From Chamaesiphon sp. (GTDB taxonomy: Bacteria; Cyanobacteriota; Cyanobacteriia; Cyanobacteriales; Chamaesiphonaceae), in contig CBDFFH010000038.1 of assembly GCA_965246715.1 (NCBI GenBank), forward strand, positions 1-64,000: a stretch of DNA of 64,000 nt, written 5' to 3'. The notes below the pieces were generated by a model that did no database searches, was not told the origin of the DNA, and saw only the letters and a program-made list of their open reading frames with translations. The translations under genes and the position numbers were made by a program. Shown piece after piece: positions 48,591-59,119 of the stretch (the stretch's first letter is position 1; every line of letters starts with the position of its first letter).

Positions 48591-48600
48591 AGTATACCCC
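48591..48600 (-). promoter_or_regulatory. Putative SigJ/SigF-type box
   Basis: GGGGTATACT on the minus strand about 210 bp upstream of the CheY-like gene. Confidence 0.4.
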
Positions 48601-48779
48601 ATACAATGTCAAGAGTAACACTGGCATATTAGTTATTTTGTATACCTTTGATATTGCTAATGTAGCTATTTTATATCCATGCTGTCGAGCGACAAGTCCG
48701 CTCGAAGATTAATTTTTCAAAGCGATTTAATATTTCAAAAATAGCTTGCTGACAGGAATATTTACTAACTGAGATAATT

Positions 48780-49694
48780 CTAATACTCTGATTTTCGATC
48801 GCGAATCATTAGTGCCATCATTGCTTCTGGCGCTGTAATCTGGCCCTGCAATAATCGATCGACTAAGATCGTAATCGGCATATAAATCTGATGCTGCATA
48901 GCGATCTGAGTCAGAACTTTAGTAGTATTAACACCCTCTGCCGTTCCTGATAAATCAGCTAAAATCTCAGTCAATATTTTACCCTGTGCCAATCCATACC
49001 CTACCTGATAATTGCGACTGAGCGGACTATTACAGGTAGTCAGGAGGTCGCCCAGACCGGATAGTCCGTAAAATGTTTCGGTCTTCGCTCCCCAATATAT
49101 ACCGATCCGAATAATTTCAGTCAATCCCCGCGTTAGAAGAGCAGATTTAGCATTATTTCCTAGTTTCAAACCATCGCAAGTCCCGGCAGCGATCGCGATG
49201 ACATTTTTTACCGTTCCGGCAATTTCAACACCAACCGGATCGTCGTTGGTATAAACTCGAAATTTAGGTGATGAAAATATCGTTTGAATTTGGGTCGCGG
49301 CATCGGCGAGATCGCTAGCCACTACTGTCGCTGCTGGCAATCCCTGTTGAATCTCTAATGATAAATTTGGCCCCGATAATACGACGATCGGATTATAAGG
49401 AAATGCCTTCCGCCAAAGTTGCGCGGGAGTATAATTGGTAGCTGCATCCAAACCTTTAGTGGCAGTTACAATTATTTGCAATGGATCGAGCGATCCGGTT
49501 AATCGCTCGATAACTGGACGGACTCCCGCCATCGAGACCGCTGAAATAATCGCCACCCGATCGCGCACGACCTCCGGTAAGTCTGTGCCACAAGTGCGCG
49601 ACCAAATCGTCGGCACATACCCATTAATCTCCGTCAAGTTTCCTAGCGCCCCACCCCAAGCACCAGCGCCAATAATCGTGATTCGATCTTTCAT
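48780..49694 (-). CDS. gpsA: NAD(P)H-dependent glycerol-3-phosphate dehydrogenase
   Basis: GAGAWG, TKG, SGPN, KNVIAIAAG, GDLLTTC, SRN. Confidence 0.96.
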   Translation of the reverse strand: MKDRITIIGAGAWGGALGNLTEINGYVPTIWSRTCGTDLPEVVRDRVAIISAVSMAGVRPVIERLTGSLDPLQIIVTATKGLDAATNYTPAQLWRKAFPYNPIVVLSGPNLSLEIQQGLPAATVVASDLADAATQIQTIFSSPKFRVYTNDDPVGVEIAGTVKNVIAIAAGTCDGLKLGNNAKSALLTRGLTEIIRIGIYWGAKTETFYGLSGLGDLLTTCNSPLSRNYQVGYGLAQGKILTEILADLSGTAEGVNTTKVLTQIAMQHQIYMPITILVDRLLQGQITAPEAMMALMIRDRKSEY

Positions 49695-49746
49695 AGTCGG
49701 GATAGGGATTAGGGGATAGAGATTAGCGGCTAGTAAAGTTGATAAT

Positions 49747-50634
49747 TTAATTGATAATCGATCGTTTTCGCGGATATCGCTCCATCAACTGCCGCACTTC
49801 CTCTGCATGGTAGGAGCTACGAGTCAGCGGTGTTGAGACTACTTGCAGGAAGCCAATTTCTTCGCCATAGCTGCGCCAAGCATCAAACTGAGCTGGAGTG
49901 ACAAATTCAGCGACACCCAAATGTTTGGCTGTGGGTTGGAGATATTGCCCGATCGTGATGATATCGCAATCTACCGATCGCAGATCCCGCAGCGTTTGGC
50001 GGACTTCAGCATCGGTTTCGCCTAAGCCGACCATAATGCCGGATTTAGTATAGACATTAGGCGTATATTTGCGCGATCGAGCTAAAACTTCCAGCGAACG
50101 GTGATAATCACCTTGGGGTCGCACGCGGCGATACAATCTGGGGACAGTCTCCGTATTATGATTGAGGACTTCTGGTGCCGCAGCTAAAATCGTCTCTAAG
50201 GCTTGCCAATTGGCACACAGGTCGGGAATTAGGACTTCGATCGTTGTTTTGGGCGACAGGCTGCTCACTGCCTCGATACACTGGACGAATTGACCCGCAC
50301 CGCCATCGGCTAAATCATCGCGATTGACGGAGGTGATCACCACGTGATTGAGGTTGAGCCGTTTGACAGCTTCAGCTAGCCGCAACGGTTCGGTCGGATC
50401 TAAAGCTTGTGGTTTTTTCTCAAAATCGATATCACAGTAGGGACAAGCACGGGTACAAGCAGGCCCCATGATCAAGAACGTTGCTGTTCCCGCACTAAAA
50501 CATTCACCGATATTGGGACAAGAAGCTTCTTCGCATACAGTGTTGAGCTGCAAGTCGCGGAGGATGTCTTTGACATTCCCGACGCGCTCCCACTGGGGTG
50601 CTTTTACCCGCAACCATTCTGGTTTGACTGTCAT
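49747..50634 (-). CDS. lipA: Lipoyl synthase
   Basis: [26 protein letters not shown]. Confidence 0.97.
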   Translation of the reverse strand: MTVKPEWLRVKAPQWERVGNVKDILRDLQLNTVCEEASCPNIGECFSAGTATFLIMGPACTRACPYCDIDFEKKPQALDPTEPLRLAEAVKRLNLNHVVITSVNRDDLADGGAGQFVQCIEAVSSLSPKTTIEVLIPDLCANWQALETILAAAPEVLNHNTETVPRLYRRVRPQGDYHRSLEVLARSRKYTPNVYTKSGIMVGLGETDAEVRQTLRDLRSVDCDIITIGQYLQPTAKHLGVAEFVTPAQFDAWRSYGEEIGFLQVVSTPLTRSSYHAEEVRQLMERYPRKRSIIN

Positions 50635-50693
50635 AGCAATTGATGAGATGTTCGCAAGGCTACTATTCTAGCAAGATCCGGGCAATGGAAATA

Positions 50694-50715
50694 GGGGCGG
50701 ATCGCAATCCGCCCC
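50694..50715 (-). terminator. Hairpin downstream of the M23 gene
   Basis: GGGGCGGAT-4 nt-ATCCGCCCC. Confidence 0.55.
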
Positions 50716-50758
50716 AACTAGTAGTAGCATGATTTACTCCTTCGATCGGGACTGTCGG

Positions 50759-51928
50759 TTAAATTCCCGCAGGTAGATCTTTTCGTGCGTATGGATCTGA
50801 CCGTTTGAGCACATCTAAAGCATATTTAATCTCGTCACCTGGATCGACTGCGACCCAACCCTTATCTGTAGATACCCGTTCTTCAAAGTGTAAGTGCGGG
50901 CCAGTAGAGTTACCAGTGCTGCCTACCGCGCCAATAACGGTACCTTGGTCGATCGATTGTCCTGCTTGCACGGAAATCTCCGAGAGATGGCCGTAGAGAG
51001 TCTGTTGGGTGCCATGCTGAATGACGATCGCCTTACCATAACCACCATTCCAACCAGCAGAGACGATCGTGCCAGATACAGTCGCAACTACAGGTGCGCC
51101 CATCGGTGCGCCGATATCTACGCCTGAGTGAAAGCGGCGGGTGCCTGTCAAGGGATGCGTCCGCCATCCAAAGCGGGAAGTAACGGGTGCCGGATTCAAT
51201 AGCGGATAGATCGCTACTTGACCCGGTACGGTTGCCGTGGGATCGATTTCAGCAGTTGCATCAGCTACGGATAGAGGTGTCGCTCCTGGCTGCACGGTAG
51301 GGATTGCTACCACAGTAGGCAGCTTTCTGAGCTTAGTTACCGGTCGTAGCGTTGCAACTGGTTGTACTTTCTTGATGAACTGCGTCAGTGGCGGGGGAAC
51401 GAGAATCACGACCGAGGCTTCGGCGGGTTCTGCTGCCGGACTCGGCTTAATCTCCGTGCGGCCACCCAAAACAGCGACATCGCTAGAAAAAACATCTTTT
51501 TGCTGAGTAAGTGCGTTCGCCACCTCAGGATTAGCTGGAGCTAAATCGCCAACAGTCGAGTTATTCGCCTCAAACTTTAATTCTTGAGAATTCTGCGCTG
51601 CGATGACAGGATCGCGATCGATTCTTGCGCCTAAATGTGCTTTGTCGAGCACGCTTTTCCTTCGAGTTGTGCTAGAGTTCTCTACGCTATTTGTATCGTT
51701 TGAGTCACCATTGCTACCAACACTATTGCGGTAAGTCTCGATCCGATCTGTGTTGTAGTTTACATTTTCTGAATTAGCAAGATTATCTCCAGCTGGTGCT
51801 TGGCTGCTCGGTGTATTATTTACTACTCGAACTCGATCGCCTGAATGTGAAACCCATGCATATGTAACCTCTGTACTTAGAAGCACTCCGGTAATAGCTA
51901 ACAAACCAAACGATATTTTTATACTCAT
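50759..51928 (-). CDS. M23 family metallopeptidase
   Basis: Signal peptide; HSGVD, YGHL, STGPHLHFE. Confidence 0.93.
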   Translation of the reverse strand: MSIKISFGLLAITGVLLSTEVTYAWVSHSGDRVRVVNNTPSSQAPAGDNLANSENVNYNTDRIETYRNSVGSNGDSNDTNSVENSSTTRRKSVLDKAHLGARIDRDPVIAAQNSQELKFEANNSTVGDLAPANPEVANALTQQKDVFSSDVAVLGGRTEIKPSPAAEPAEASVVILVPPPLTQFIKKVQPVATLRPVTKLRKLPTVVAIPTVQPGATPLSVADATAEIDPTATVPGQVAIYPLLNPAPVTSRFGWRTHPLTGTRRFHSGVDIGAPMGAPVVATVSGTIVSAGWNGGYGKAIVIQHGTQQTLYGHLSEISVQAGQSIDQGTVIGAVGSTGNSTGPHLHFEERVSTDKGWVAVDPGDEIKYALDVLKRSDPYARKDLPAGI

Positions 51929-52018
51929 AGATGCAGTAATGTCGGGGTAGATTGTGTGTCGAGACTTGGCAACTAAGAATGAAATTTGAGTCGATCGAGT
52001 TCACAATATAATACTCTA

Positions 52019-52840
52019 TTAATAGCCATTGACTACTACTAGATCGCCAATGTCTAAAAATTTTCCTACTTCACTTAAGGGAATACGAGTATTGATACCT
52101 AGTCGATAAAAATGGTCGAATCTCGATCGATTAACCTCGATCGGTAACGTCTGTTTCCGTTGCTGCGTAAAGATTTGTTGAAATTTTGGCCGGGTCTCAC
52201 CAGTCAGCCAATTGCGAGTCGGGACGATACAGCGTTGACAGGGATTGATGCCCTCACATCGGACATCGCCAAGCTGAAACTCAACCACTTCAACAGATGC
52301 AGCGAATAGACGATCTTCCCAAAAAGCTGGCACGCCACTGAGTTCTAAATTGGTTCTAAATCTCCGCCGAGCTTCGGCGAGATCGAGATCGGGAAACCAG
52401 GTGCAAATCGTCTCTAAGGTTGCCGTGCTAATAATTGTGGGGCCATAAGCAGCGAGATCGTCAGGAAAGCCACTAACCGAATTTTCGATGAGGCTGACAG
52501 AAAGTCCCAAAAAACTACTCAGCCATTTAGCTGAGTCGATGAGTTCGGTCTGGAGATCGAAAGTCTGGCTGACACTATCATTGGCTTGGAGCGTAACTAA
52601 CAGTTGCGGTACACCATCGATCGGCGGCAGGCTGAAGTCAAACCGACTGCGGATTTGGTGAATTTTCGCCGTACGCTTGGCATTGACAACTTGCCCTCGC
52701 TCATCCAAGATCGCCCACCGTCGATCGAATGCTAACGCGCCACCTGCGGAGATCTGGGCGCGCTCGACGCTCGCGCCGTCCAGCGATTTAATCGGATAAA
52801 TCGCAATCTGAGCTAAAGTCGGTTGGCTGCGGACAGTCAT
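52019..52840 (-). CDS. MOSC domain protein
   Basis: IYPIKSL, DRRWA, RRFRTNL, FWED, CQRC. Confidence 0.9.
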   Translation of the reverse strand: MTVRSQPTLAQIAIYPIKSLDGASVERAQISAGGALAFDRRWAILDERGQVVNAKRTAKIHQIRSRFDFSLPPIDGVPQLLVTLQANDSVSQTFDLQTELIDSAKWLSSFLGLSVSLIENSVSGFPDDLAAYGPTIISTATLETICTWFPDLDLAEARRRFRTNLELSGVPAFWEDRLFAASVEVVEFQLGDVRCEGINPCQRCIVPTRNWLTGETRPKFQQIFTQQRKQTLPIEVNRSRFDHFYRLGINTRIPLSEVGKFLDIGDLVVVNGY

Positions 52841-52962
52841 ATTGTCTCCTCGCTGAATACGCTGCGATGGGGATACCACCTAATCTTCTAGACGTTTAGT
52901 AGAAATTATGGCAGACTGCTCGATTCACAACAAGCAACCGCTGCTCGCTTCGAAGATTGAAG

Positions 52963-53439
52963 CTAGAAATGCAAGCGACGTTTTCGGTACTTGTTGCTGT
53001 CCCCGCGCTCGGTCTTTGCTGCCAGTGCTGTTAATTCGTCTACATAATTCATAATTCGATTGGATAGACGAATATTTCCTCGGCGAGCATATAATTCTGC
53101 TGCTTCGATGAGATCGGCAATACTGCTTTTGCGGTCATTTACATCCCATTTGATACAGCCGCGATAGTAGTAAGCGATCGCATACTTAGGATCGATCTCG
53201 ATTGCCCGATCGAGATCGGCAATAGCTCCACTGCCATCGAATAAGTCGAATTTTACGATGCTCCGCTGATAGTAAGCGATCGCATATTTAGGATCGATGG
53301 CGATCGCGCGATCGAGATCGGCCATCGCGGCTTGATGATTTTGTAACTGTAAGTTGTAAGTGCCTCGCTCGCAGTAAGCATTCGCATCGTTAGGATCTAA
53401 GGCGATCCTCTGATTGAGTGTCGTGATTGTTAGCATCAT
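52963..53439 (-). CDS. TPR repeat protein
   Basis: Repeated ADLDRAI.IDPKYAIAYY.R. Confidence 0.9.
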   Translation of the reverse strand: MMLTITTLNQRIALDPNDANAYCERGTYNLQLQNHQAAMADLDRAIAIDPKYAIAYYQRSIVKFDLFDGSGAIADLDRAIEIDPKYAIAYYYRGCIKWDVNDRKSSIADLIEAAELYARRGNIRLSNRIMNYVDELTALAAKTERGDSNKYRKRRLHF

Positions 53440-54070
53440 TTAAATTCTCTCTATATATCGATCGGATATCCAATTTGATTCGATTTGCTTTGAAAATCAA
53501 CAACATATACAACAACTATTTAATCTATTAGCAGTGATGTGTCCGATATTTAGTCGCTTAGATTTGTGGGGTAACCTATTAAATCACAACAAAATGAGGA
53601 ACGCATGAGGATAACGTACCGATCGAGGCCAAAGTATCAAATCGCTGCTGATGCTACGCAATTACATTCAGGATCGATTTTACACCAGCGATAAAAATTA
53701 AGTTTAAACATAGAATCGATCGAGCCGATTTATCCGTAAGTTATAATAGATGTATCCAAAAAATCATTGCCTGTAACTTATTGGCAGACAATCTGGCGAT
53801 CGAAATTGTGAAGCAATGTCGAGCCAAGAACAGCATCGATCGAGCTAATAAACTAATTATTTAGTGAGTACTAAGTTGTGACAATTACCAAGCGAGCGTA
53901 ATGACAAACGGCCGCTGTGGCAAGTGGATAACCTAGTCTAACTCCGAGCGAATATCGATCTCCTAGAGCAGTTAATCGATGACATCGAAGTTGTTCGCCA
54001 AATCGCTGAATGATTATTTTGCTTGGAAGCAGCATGCAGGATTTCTATTAATATCTGCGGGGAGGTTATC

Positions 54071-54304
54071 ATGACACAGGTTAGTGTATCCCAATTTTTA
54101 GCAGCCACAGCACAAGATAAAAATCTGAACGAAAAACTCAAAGCTGCAACGACAATTCAAGGTTGTATCGAGATTGCCGAAAGTTGTGGTTACAAATTCT
54201 CTAGCAAAGAATTTAGTGCAGAGCTTGACAAACTATCTGATGAAACTTTAGCAAAACTCGTCAATCCCGGGGTTGCGCCGCGCCGTCACATCAAGCCACA
54301 TTAA
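54071..54304 (+). CDS. Nif11-like leader peptide family protein (putative RiPP precursor)
   Basis: GGAGG RBS; SVSQFLAATAQDKNLNEKLKAA...IEIAESCGYKFSSKEF...LSDETL fits the Nif11 leader pattern. Confidence 0.85.
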   Translation: MTQVSVSQFLAATAQDKNLNEKLKAATTIQGCIEIAESCGYKFSSKEFSAELDKLSDETLAKLVNPGVAPRRHIKPH

Positions 54305-54352
54305 ACTCGCATTTTCGCGATCGATAATTGATTCGCTGAGGAATCCGATTCG

Positions 54353-54378
54353 GTGCTGGCTGAGATAATTGCCAGCAC
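54353..54378. terminator. Hairpin between the convergent Nif11 and rSAM genes
   Basis: GTGCTGGC-10 nt-GCCAGCAC. Confidence 0.5.
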
Positions 54379-54388
54379 GATCGCTCCT

Positions 54389-56020
54389 TTAGCGAATGCT
54401 CGGAGTTTCATTACTTTCAAGGTGCTGGGATTCCGCTGACACTGCCGATTGGGCTGCCTGCGGCGGTAAGGTAATTACCGTCAGTGGGTCATAACCTAGC
54501 TGCTGAGTAATCCGTTCTCTAGCTAACACGCGGTACTCCCAAAAATGTTCGCCAGCAGCACACAAACCCAAATATAGATCGAACACCTCTGGCTTTTTGA
54601 GTAAAATCGTCCATAATTGCTGCCAAAACTGAAAGCGAATTTCCGACCGCTGCCAGCCCTGAAGCCAAATTAGCCGTGAGAGCAGCATTAGCCCCTTGGT
54701 TAGTGACAATTGCCGTGCCTGCTTGCGTCGTCTGGGCACAGCAATCGCGAGGCATTGCCGAAAACAGCGTCTGAGATAATTACTGGGTTCGTACAGCGTC
54801 CAAAATCCCTCGACATAATCCTGGGCAATTTCATCGATGGAGCGGGTGGGGATGAAATTCATCAAGTTATTTTGGTCGCCCACCAGATTTAGCTCACTAT
54901 CGTCTACCAACCGCTGCTCCCGTTCTAGACGGTGCCATAAAGCAGTATTCGGTAACGCTTGCAGGATGCCTAGCATCGGTTGTGGAATGCTCGTTTGTTC
55001 GACAAAAGCTTGAATCCGCGCTCCTGCACCCGCACGTTCGCCATCAAACCCGAGGATAAACCCGGCATAGATCAGCAGTCCAGCTTGATTGATTTTGCCA
55101 CAGGCTTCAGCTAGGGGATGACGGGTATTTTGGAGTTTTTGGGTTACTTCCAGGCTATCTCGATCGGGTGTTTCGATCCCGAGAAACACTGCATAAAAAC
55201 CAGCTTCCTGCATTAATTGCAACAGTTCCTCATCTTCGGCCAAATTCACCGAAGCTTCCGTGATAAAGGTGAATGGATAATCGTGTTGCTGCATCCATGG
55301 AATCAATTCGCGCAGGAACAGTTTGACATTACGCTGGTTGCCAATAAAGTTATCATCGACGATAAATAGCGAGCCGCGCCAGCCGAGATCGTATAAATTT
55401 TGCAACTCGGCGATTGCTTGGTGGGGCGTTTTCGTGCGGGATTTACGACCGTAAAGGACGATGATGTCGCAAAATTCACAGTTAAACGGACAACCGCGTG
55501 AAAACTGGATTGCCATCATTAAATAGGCATTGCGATCGAGCAGATCGAAACGCGGCATCGGGCTGTGGGTAACGTCTGGCTTCTCCTCTGAGCGGAAAAT
55601 TCCGCTTTCTGAGCCATCGTTCAGAGCTGCTAAAAATTGGGGGATCGTCAACTCTCCTTCATCTAAAACTAGATAATGCGCTCCAGAGTCGAGCGCAGGT
55701 TGCGGTGTTGAAGTGGGATAAGGGCCACCAACTGCCACTTTTTTGCCTAAGCTTACTGCTTTGTGAGTTAAGGCATGAAAATCTGGTTTTTGGACTAGCA
55801 TTGCTGACAGGATTACTAAGTCACACCACGCCCAATCAGCATCTGTTTCGAGGTTGACATTCCGATCGTAAAATCTAATTTCCCAGTCTTGGGGCAGTAA
55901 TGCGGCAACTGTAATAATTCCCAATGGCGGCAAGACGGCTTTTAATCCGGCAATTTCCATAAAGCGATCGTAAGACCAAAAAGACTGTGGAAACTGCGGG
56001 TATAGCAATAGTGCTTTCAT
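54389..56020 (-). CDS. B12-binding radical SAM protein (DUF4070 type; HpnP-related class B methyltransferase-like)
   Basis: PPLG, VGGPY cobalamin-binding domain; SRGCPFNCEFC; VDDNFIGN; GIET; GFILGFD. Confidence 0.93.
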   Translation of the reverse strand: MKALLLYPQFPQSFWSYDRFMEIAGLKAVLPPLGIITVAALLPQDWEIRFYDRNVNLETDADWAWCDLVILSAMLVQKPDFHALTHKAVSLGKKVAVGGPYPTSTPQPALDSGAHYLVLDEGELTIPQFLAALNDGSESGIFRSEEKPDVTHSPMPRFDLLDRNAYLMMAIQFSRGCPFNCEFCDIIVLYGRKSRTKTPHQAIAELQNLYDLGWRGSLFIVDDNFIGNQRNVKLFLRELIPWMQQHDYPFTFITEASVNLAEDEELLQLMQEAGFYAVFLGIETPDRDSLEVTQKLQNTRHPLAEACGKINQAGLLIYAGFILGFDGERAGAGARIQAFVEQTSIPQPMLGILQALPNTALWHRLEREQRLVDDSELNLVGDQNNLMNFIPTRSIDEIAQDYVEGFWTLYEPSNYLRRCFRQCLAIAVPRRRKQARQLSLTKGLMLLSRLIWLQGWQRSEIRFQFWQQLWTILLKKPEVFDLYLGLCAAGEHFWEYRVLARERITQQLGYDPLTVITLPPQAAQSAVSAESQHLESNETPSIR

Positions 56021-56075
56021 GGTATTCTCCACAACTAATAATGTAGATACTTACAGATGAGCGTTCTAGCGATCG

Positions 56076-56122
56076 AAAAAACACAGGAGTCAAAGTCAAC
56101 TTTCGACATTCAACCGACTCCT
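56076..56122 (-). terminator. Terminator-like hairpin in the rSAM 5' leader
   Basis: Minus strand AGGAGTC...GACTCCT followed by GTGTTTTTT, about 55 nt before the ATG. Confidence 0.5.
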
Positions 56123-56941
56123 ACATCTTCAACTAAACCACTCTATCTATTTTTAGAGGCAACTCAACCTTGATACCACTCGACTACACTTGGGAAATGA
56201 CGATCGGTTCTAGCAATGAGTCAACCTCAATCCCTCCTACTAATTTAATCTAGCTAAATTTTAATATGTAGATAATCGGATAGTAAGAGTTAAATATATA
56301 TTTATATTACGACAGATCATCGATCTTTAAAACAGTAATCTGACCGAACTTATGGTGAAAAGATCGGTATCTATACTAATACGTAGCAATAAACATACAT
56401 GGAACCCGAGTAATAAATTTTATCTTACACAAAAAAATAGTTAATGTTATAATCATGCTGAAATTTTAGCAATCTGCATAAGTTCTTGACCTTACTTTAG
56501 TTCGATCTATTAACAATCGAATCGAGCAGAGCTTCAAGGGTGCAGGAATATTATTAAAAATAAGTTAAATCTATTTAAAAAAATAGTACGCGATCGATCT
56601 GTACCTGTCGCAATTGAGAATTTTTTAGCCCAGACGGTTATCGATGGAGTAGTTGCGCTCGACTCGTTCCAGTCGATCGTTACCGATCGCAGCGCAAATT
56701 AGAACTGGTGACGATCGCGAGTGAGTAGTTGTGACAGCACCAAGGATTCCAAATCAAGGTGAGTGTCGATCGAAATCAGCGATGGCTTTGCAGATGCTGA
56801 AGTCCCGCACTAGCGTGTGTTTTCTGCTAAAATCTGATGACGATCGATTGCTGTCGGTATCGCTACCCCAGCAATCGACGAGCCTATCGAGTTATTCGTT
56901 AAGATCGCAATACCTTGCAGATCGCGAACTAACGATCGGAT

Positions 56942-56972
56942 GCGATTCTCTTTCAGAGAGGCTCCGCCAACG
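56942..56972 (+). repeat. SDR-like repeat
   Basis: GCGAT-TCTCTTTCAGAGAGGCTCCGCCAACG. Confidence 0.65.
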
Positions 56973-56992
56973 CCAGAGAGAATTCAAGAAGT

Positions 56993-58795
56993 ATGAATGC
57001 AACTACCAAGCAACGCCAGTCGATGCAAGTCCCCAAATTACTGGCAGATCACCTCCGCTGGGTGGTGGTATTGGCAAAGTTGCGCCAGATCGGGGGTAAA
57101 GAACATCGCTATCCGATCGAGCAACTAGTCACAGATTTGCAATTGGGCGCGCTATTTCCGCAGCCGACAGGCGAATTGACTCGCGAACCAGTTATCGGGA
57201 TTACCAAGAAAGGCTGGGAGATTTGGTTTTGTGGCAAATCGGTAGATAAAGGCGAAAGTCCACTCAATTCGATCTATCAATGTCGCAGTTTCTACGGCTT
57301 GGATGCACCGAATAATCTGCTACAACGATTGAATAAACTCCTAGAGATCGCGATCGATCGCAATAAAACAATCGAACCCGAAGCTAGACGTGGGAAAAAA
57401 GATAGTAAATACGATCGCTATCTGGAACAGTGGGGCGACTATGCCCTCGATTTAGTCGCGTTTAATGGCGGGTGGGAGAGCTTTAGCACGAAAGCAAACT
57501 TGGCGGATGTGCGGGATTTGTGGGTGGGAGTCCAAGCACCACTAATAGAACTGACGGGAGCAGATCGAGATTCATTAATTCAACGCATTATTTATCTCGA
57601 TAGCGATCGCTATATCCAGATCGTTACCACGGCAATCGGCTCGCTATACCCGCTGTGGTTCTTCAAATCGCAAGCGCGCAAAGAATTACTCGATCGCATC
57701 GCCATCCAAGATCGCGGCATGAAAAAAGCCCTACCCAAACGCGATTTATATATCGATGTCAACACTCAAATCGGACAGATGGCGGGTTTACCCTATCCAT
57801 TTGGGGTTGCTGATGAAATGCTGGCTTATTGCTGGGATATAGACATCAAAGAGGTAGCCACTCACTTACCCGAAGCTGCTTGGAGTCCGAGTGCGATTCA
57901 ATCGATCGCTAGAGAATTACAAAATGAATATTGGAGTCCGCCGCTGTTATTTACGATGTGGGGCGATGAGTTTCCCCTACCTGATGACGACAAACATAAT
58001 TATTCGATTCCATTCATTACACTGACACAAGGTGGCGATAAATTTGGCGCACTTTATCAACGGATCGATACTAGCGAAAAGCCATTAACCGCGCTCACGA
58101 TCGGGATTGAAGCGCAAACATACGGTGAAAAAATCCTCGATCGTCTGGCAATTGCGAAAATAACTATCCCAGCACAATATATCTGCAACCGCAGCCAAAT
58201 TCTCACGGATCGACTGGAACTCGATACGATCGCTAGTTATTTCCCGATCGATCTCTTACTTCAAGTAAATCCCAATTATCAGCAATTAACTACAGCGGAT
58301 CTCTATCAACGTTGGGGTAAGATCGGCGATGCCTTTAACTATACCTGCCCGCAACTAGTACTAGCTGGGGGGATGTTTCTTGCCAGACAAGCCAAGGCAA
58401 CCGATCTGATTATCGATCTGGGATTGTATCTGCATAATGTGGAGTTATTAATTCGCAATCTCCGCCCGGAATGGGACTCGATCGAGCGGTATTTTCCGCA
58501 ATTAGCTAGTAACGATCTAGTCGAAAAACAAGCAGCAGCGCAGTCGATAATGGAGGCTTGTCAGGTCGTCGCCAAGAAAAGTAAATTGGTTAAAGGTGGC
58601 GAGCTTGTCGGTGCGAATGCGATCGCCGAAATATTGAGAGCGGTAGCATTGGAGATGGTAACTGCGTTGGTTCCGGTTGGCTCGGAGAAGTATCGAGAAT
58701 GTGTGGAGCAGATCGATGACTGGGCGTGGGCAAAGCTCTTAGAATCGGTTCGCTCTACATCGGTATATATTGCTGGTGAGTTGTTTACTGGTTAA
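56993..58795 (+). CDS. Hypothetical protein (600 aa)
   Basis: Long HIP1-rich ORF; no motif recognised. Confidence 0.85.
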   Translation: MNATTKQRQSMQVPKLLADHLRWVVVLAKLRQIGGKEHRYPIEQLVTDLQLGALFPQPTGELTREPVIGITKKGWEIWFCGKSVDKGESPLNSIYQCRSFYGLDAPNNLLQRLNKLLEIAIDRNKTIEPEARRGKKDSKYDRYLEQWGDYALDLVAFNGGWESFSTKANLADVRDLWVGVQAPLIELTGADRDSLIQRIIYLDSDRYIQIVTTAIGSLYPLWFFKSQARKELLDRIAIQDRGMKKALPKRDLYIDVNTQIGQMAGLPYPFGVADEMLAYCWDIDIKEVATHLPEAAWSPSAIQSIARELQNEYWSPPLLFTMWGDEFPLPDDDKHNYSIPFITLTQGGDKFGALYQRIDTSEKPLTALTIGIEAQTYGEKILDRLAIAKITIPAQYICNRSQILTDRLELDTIASYFPIDLLLQVNPNYQQLTTADLYQRWGKIGDAFNYTCPQLVLAGGMFLARQAKATDLIIDLGLYLHNVELLIRNLRPEWDSIERYFPQLASNDLVEKQAAAQSIMEACQVVAKKSKLVKGGELVGANAIAEILRAVALEMVTALVPVGSEKYRECVEQIDDWAWAKLLESVRSTSVYIAGELFTG

Positions 58796-59119
58796 TAACG
58801 ATCGTCGATATTCTAATAGCAGCTCGATCGATTTCTAGCGCTTCAGCCTACGCGATCGCGCGCTGCTAATCATCTAAAAGTTACGATAAATGTCAAGTGT
58901 TACTGCTTTACATTATTCCGCATTAGCAAGAGCTAATATTTAACCATAATAAATTACTTATTCCACTTCAAATGACCGAAAAAGATAAATTTCAACGTTT
59001 TTTACCCGATCGAGAATCAGATAAACTTTCTTTTGATATTTAGCTCTCGCCGAAAGATCGATCGCGGTTACTTTAGAACTGATAATGGCAGCGAGTGAAT
59101 ATATTTACTGAAATTATCA

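Noticed and set aside
54389..56020. Calling the rSAM hpnP
   Set aside because: Same broad family, but there is no hopanoid context and orthology cannot be shown without a phylogeny
56731..57099. 122-aa ORF
   Set aside because: Runs through an SDR repeat and overlaps the 600-aa gene; no coding signature
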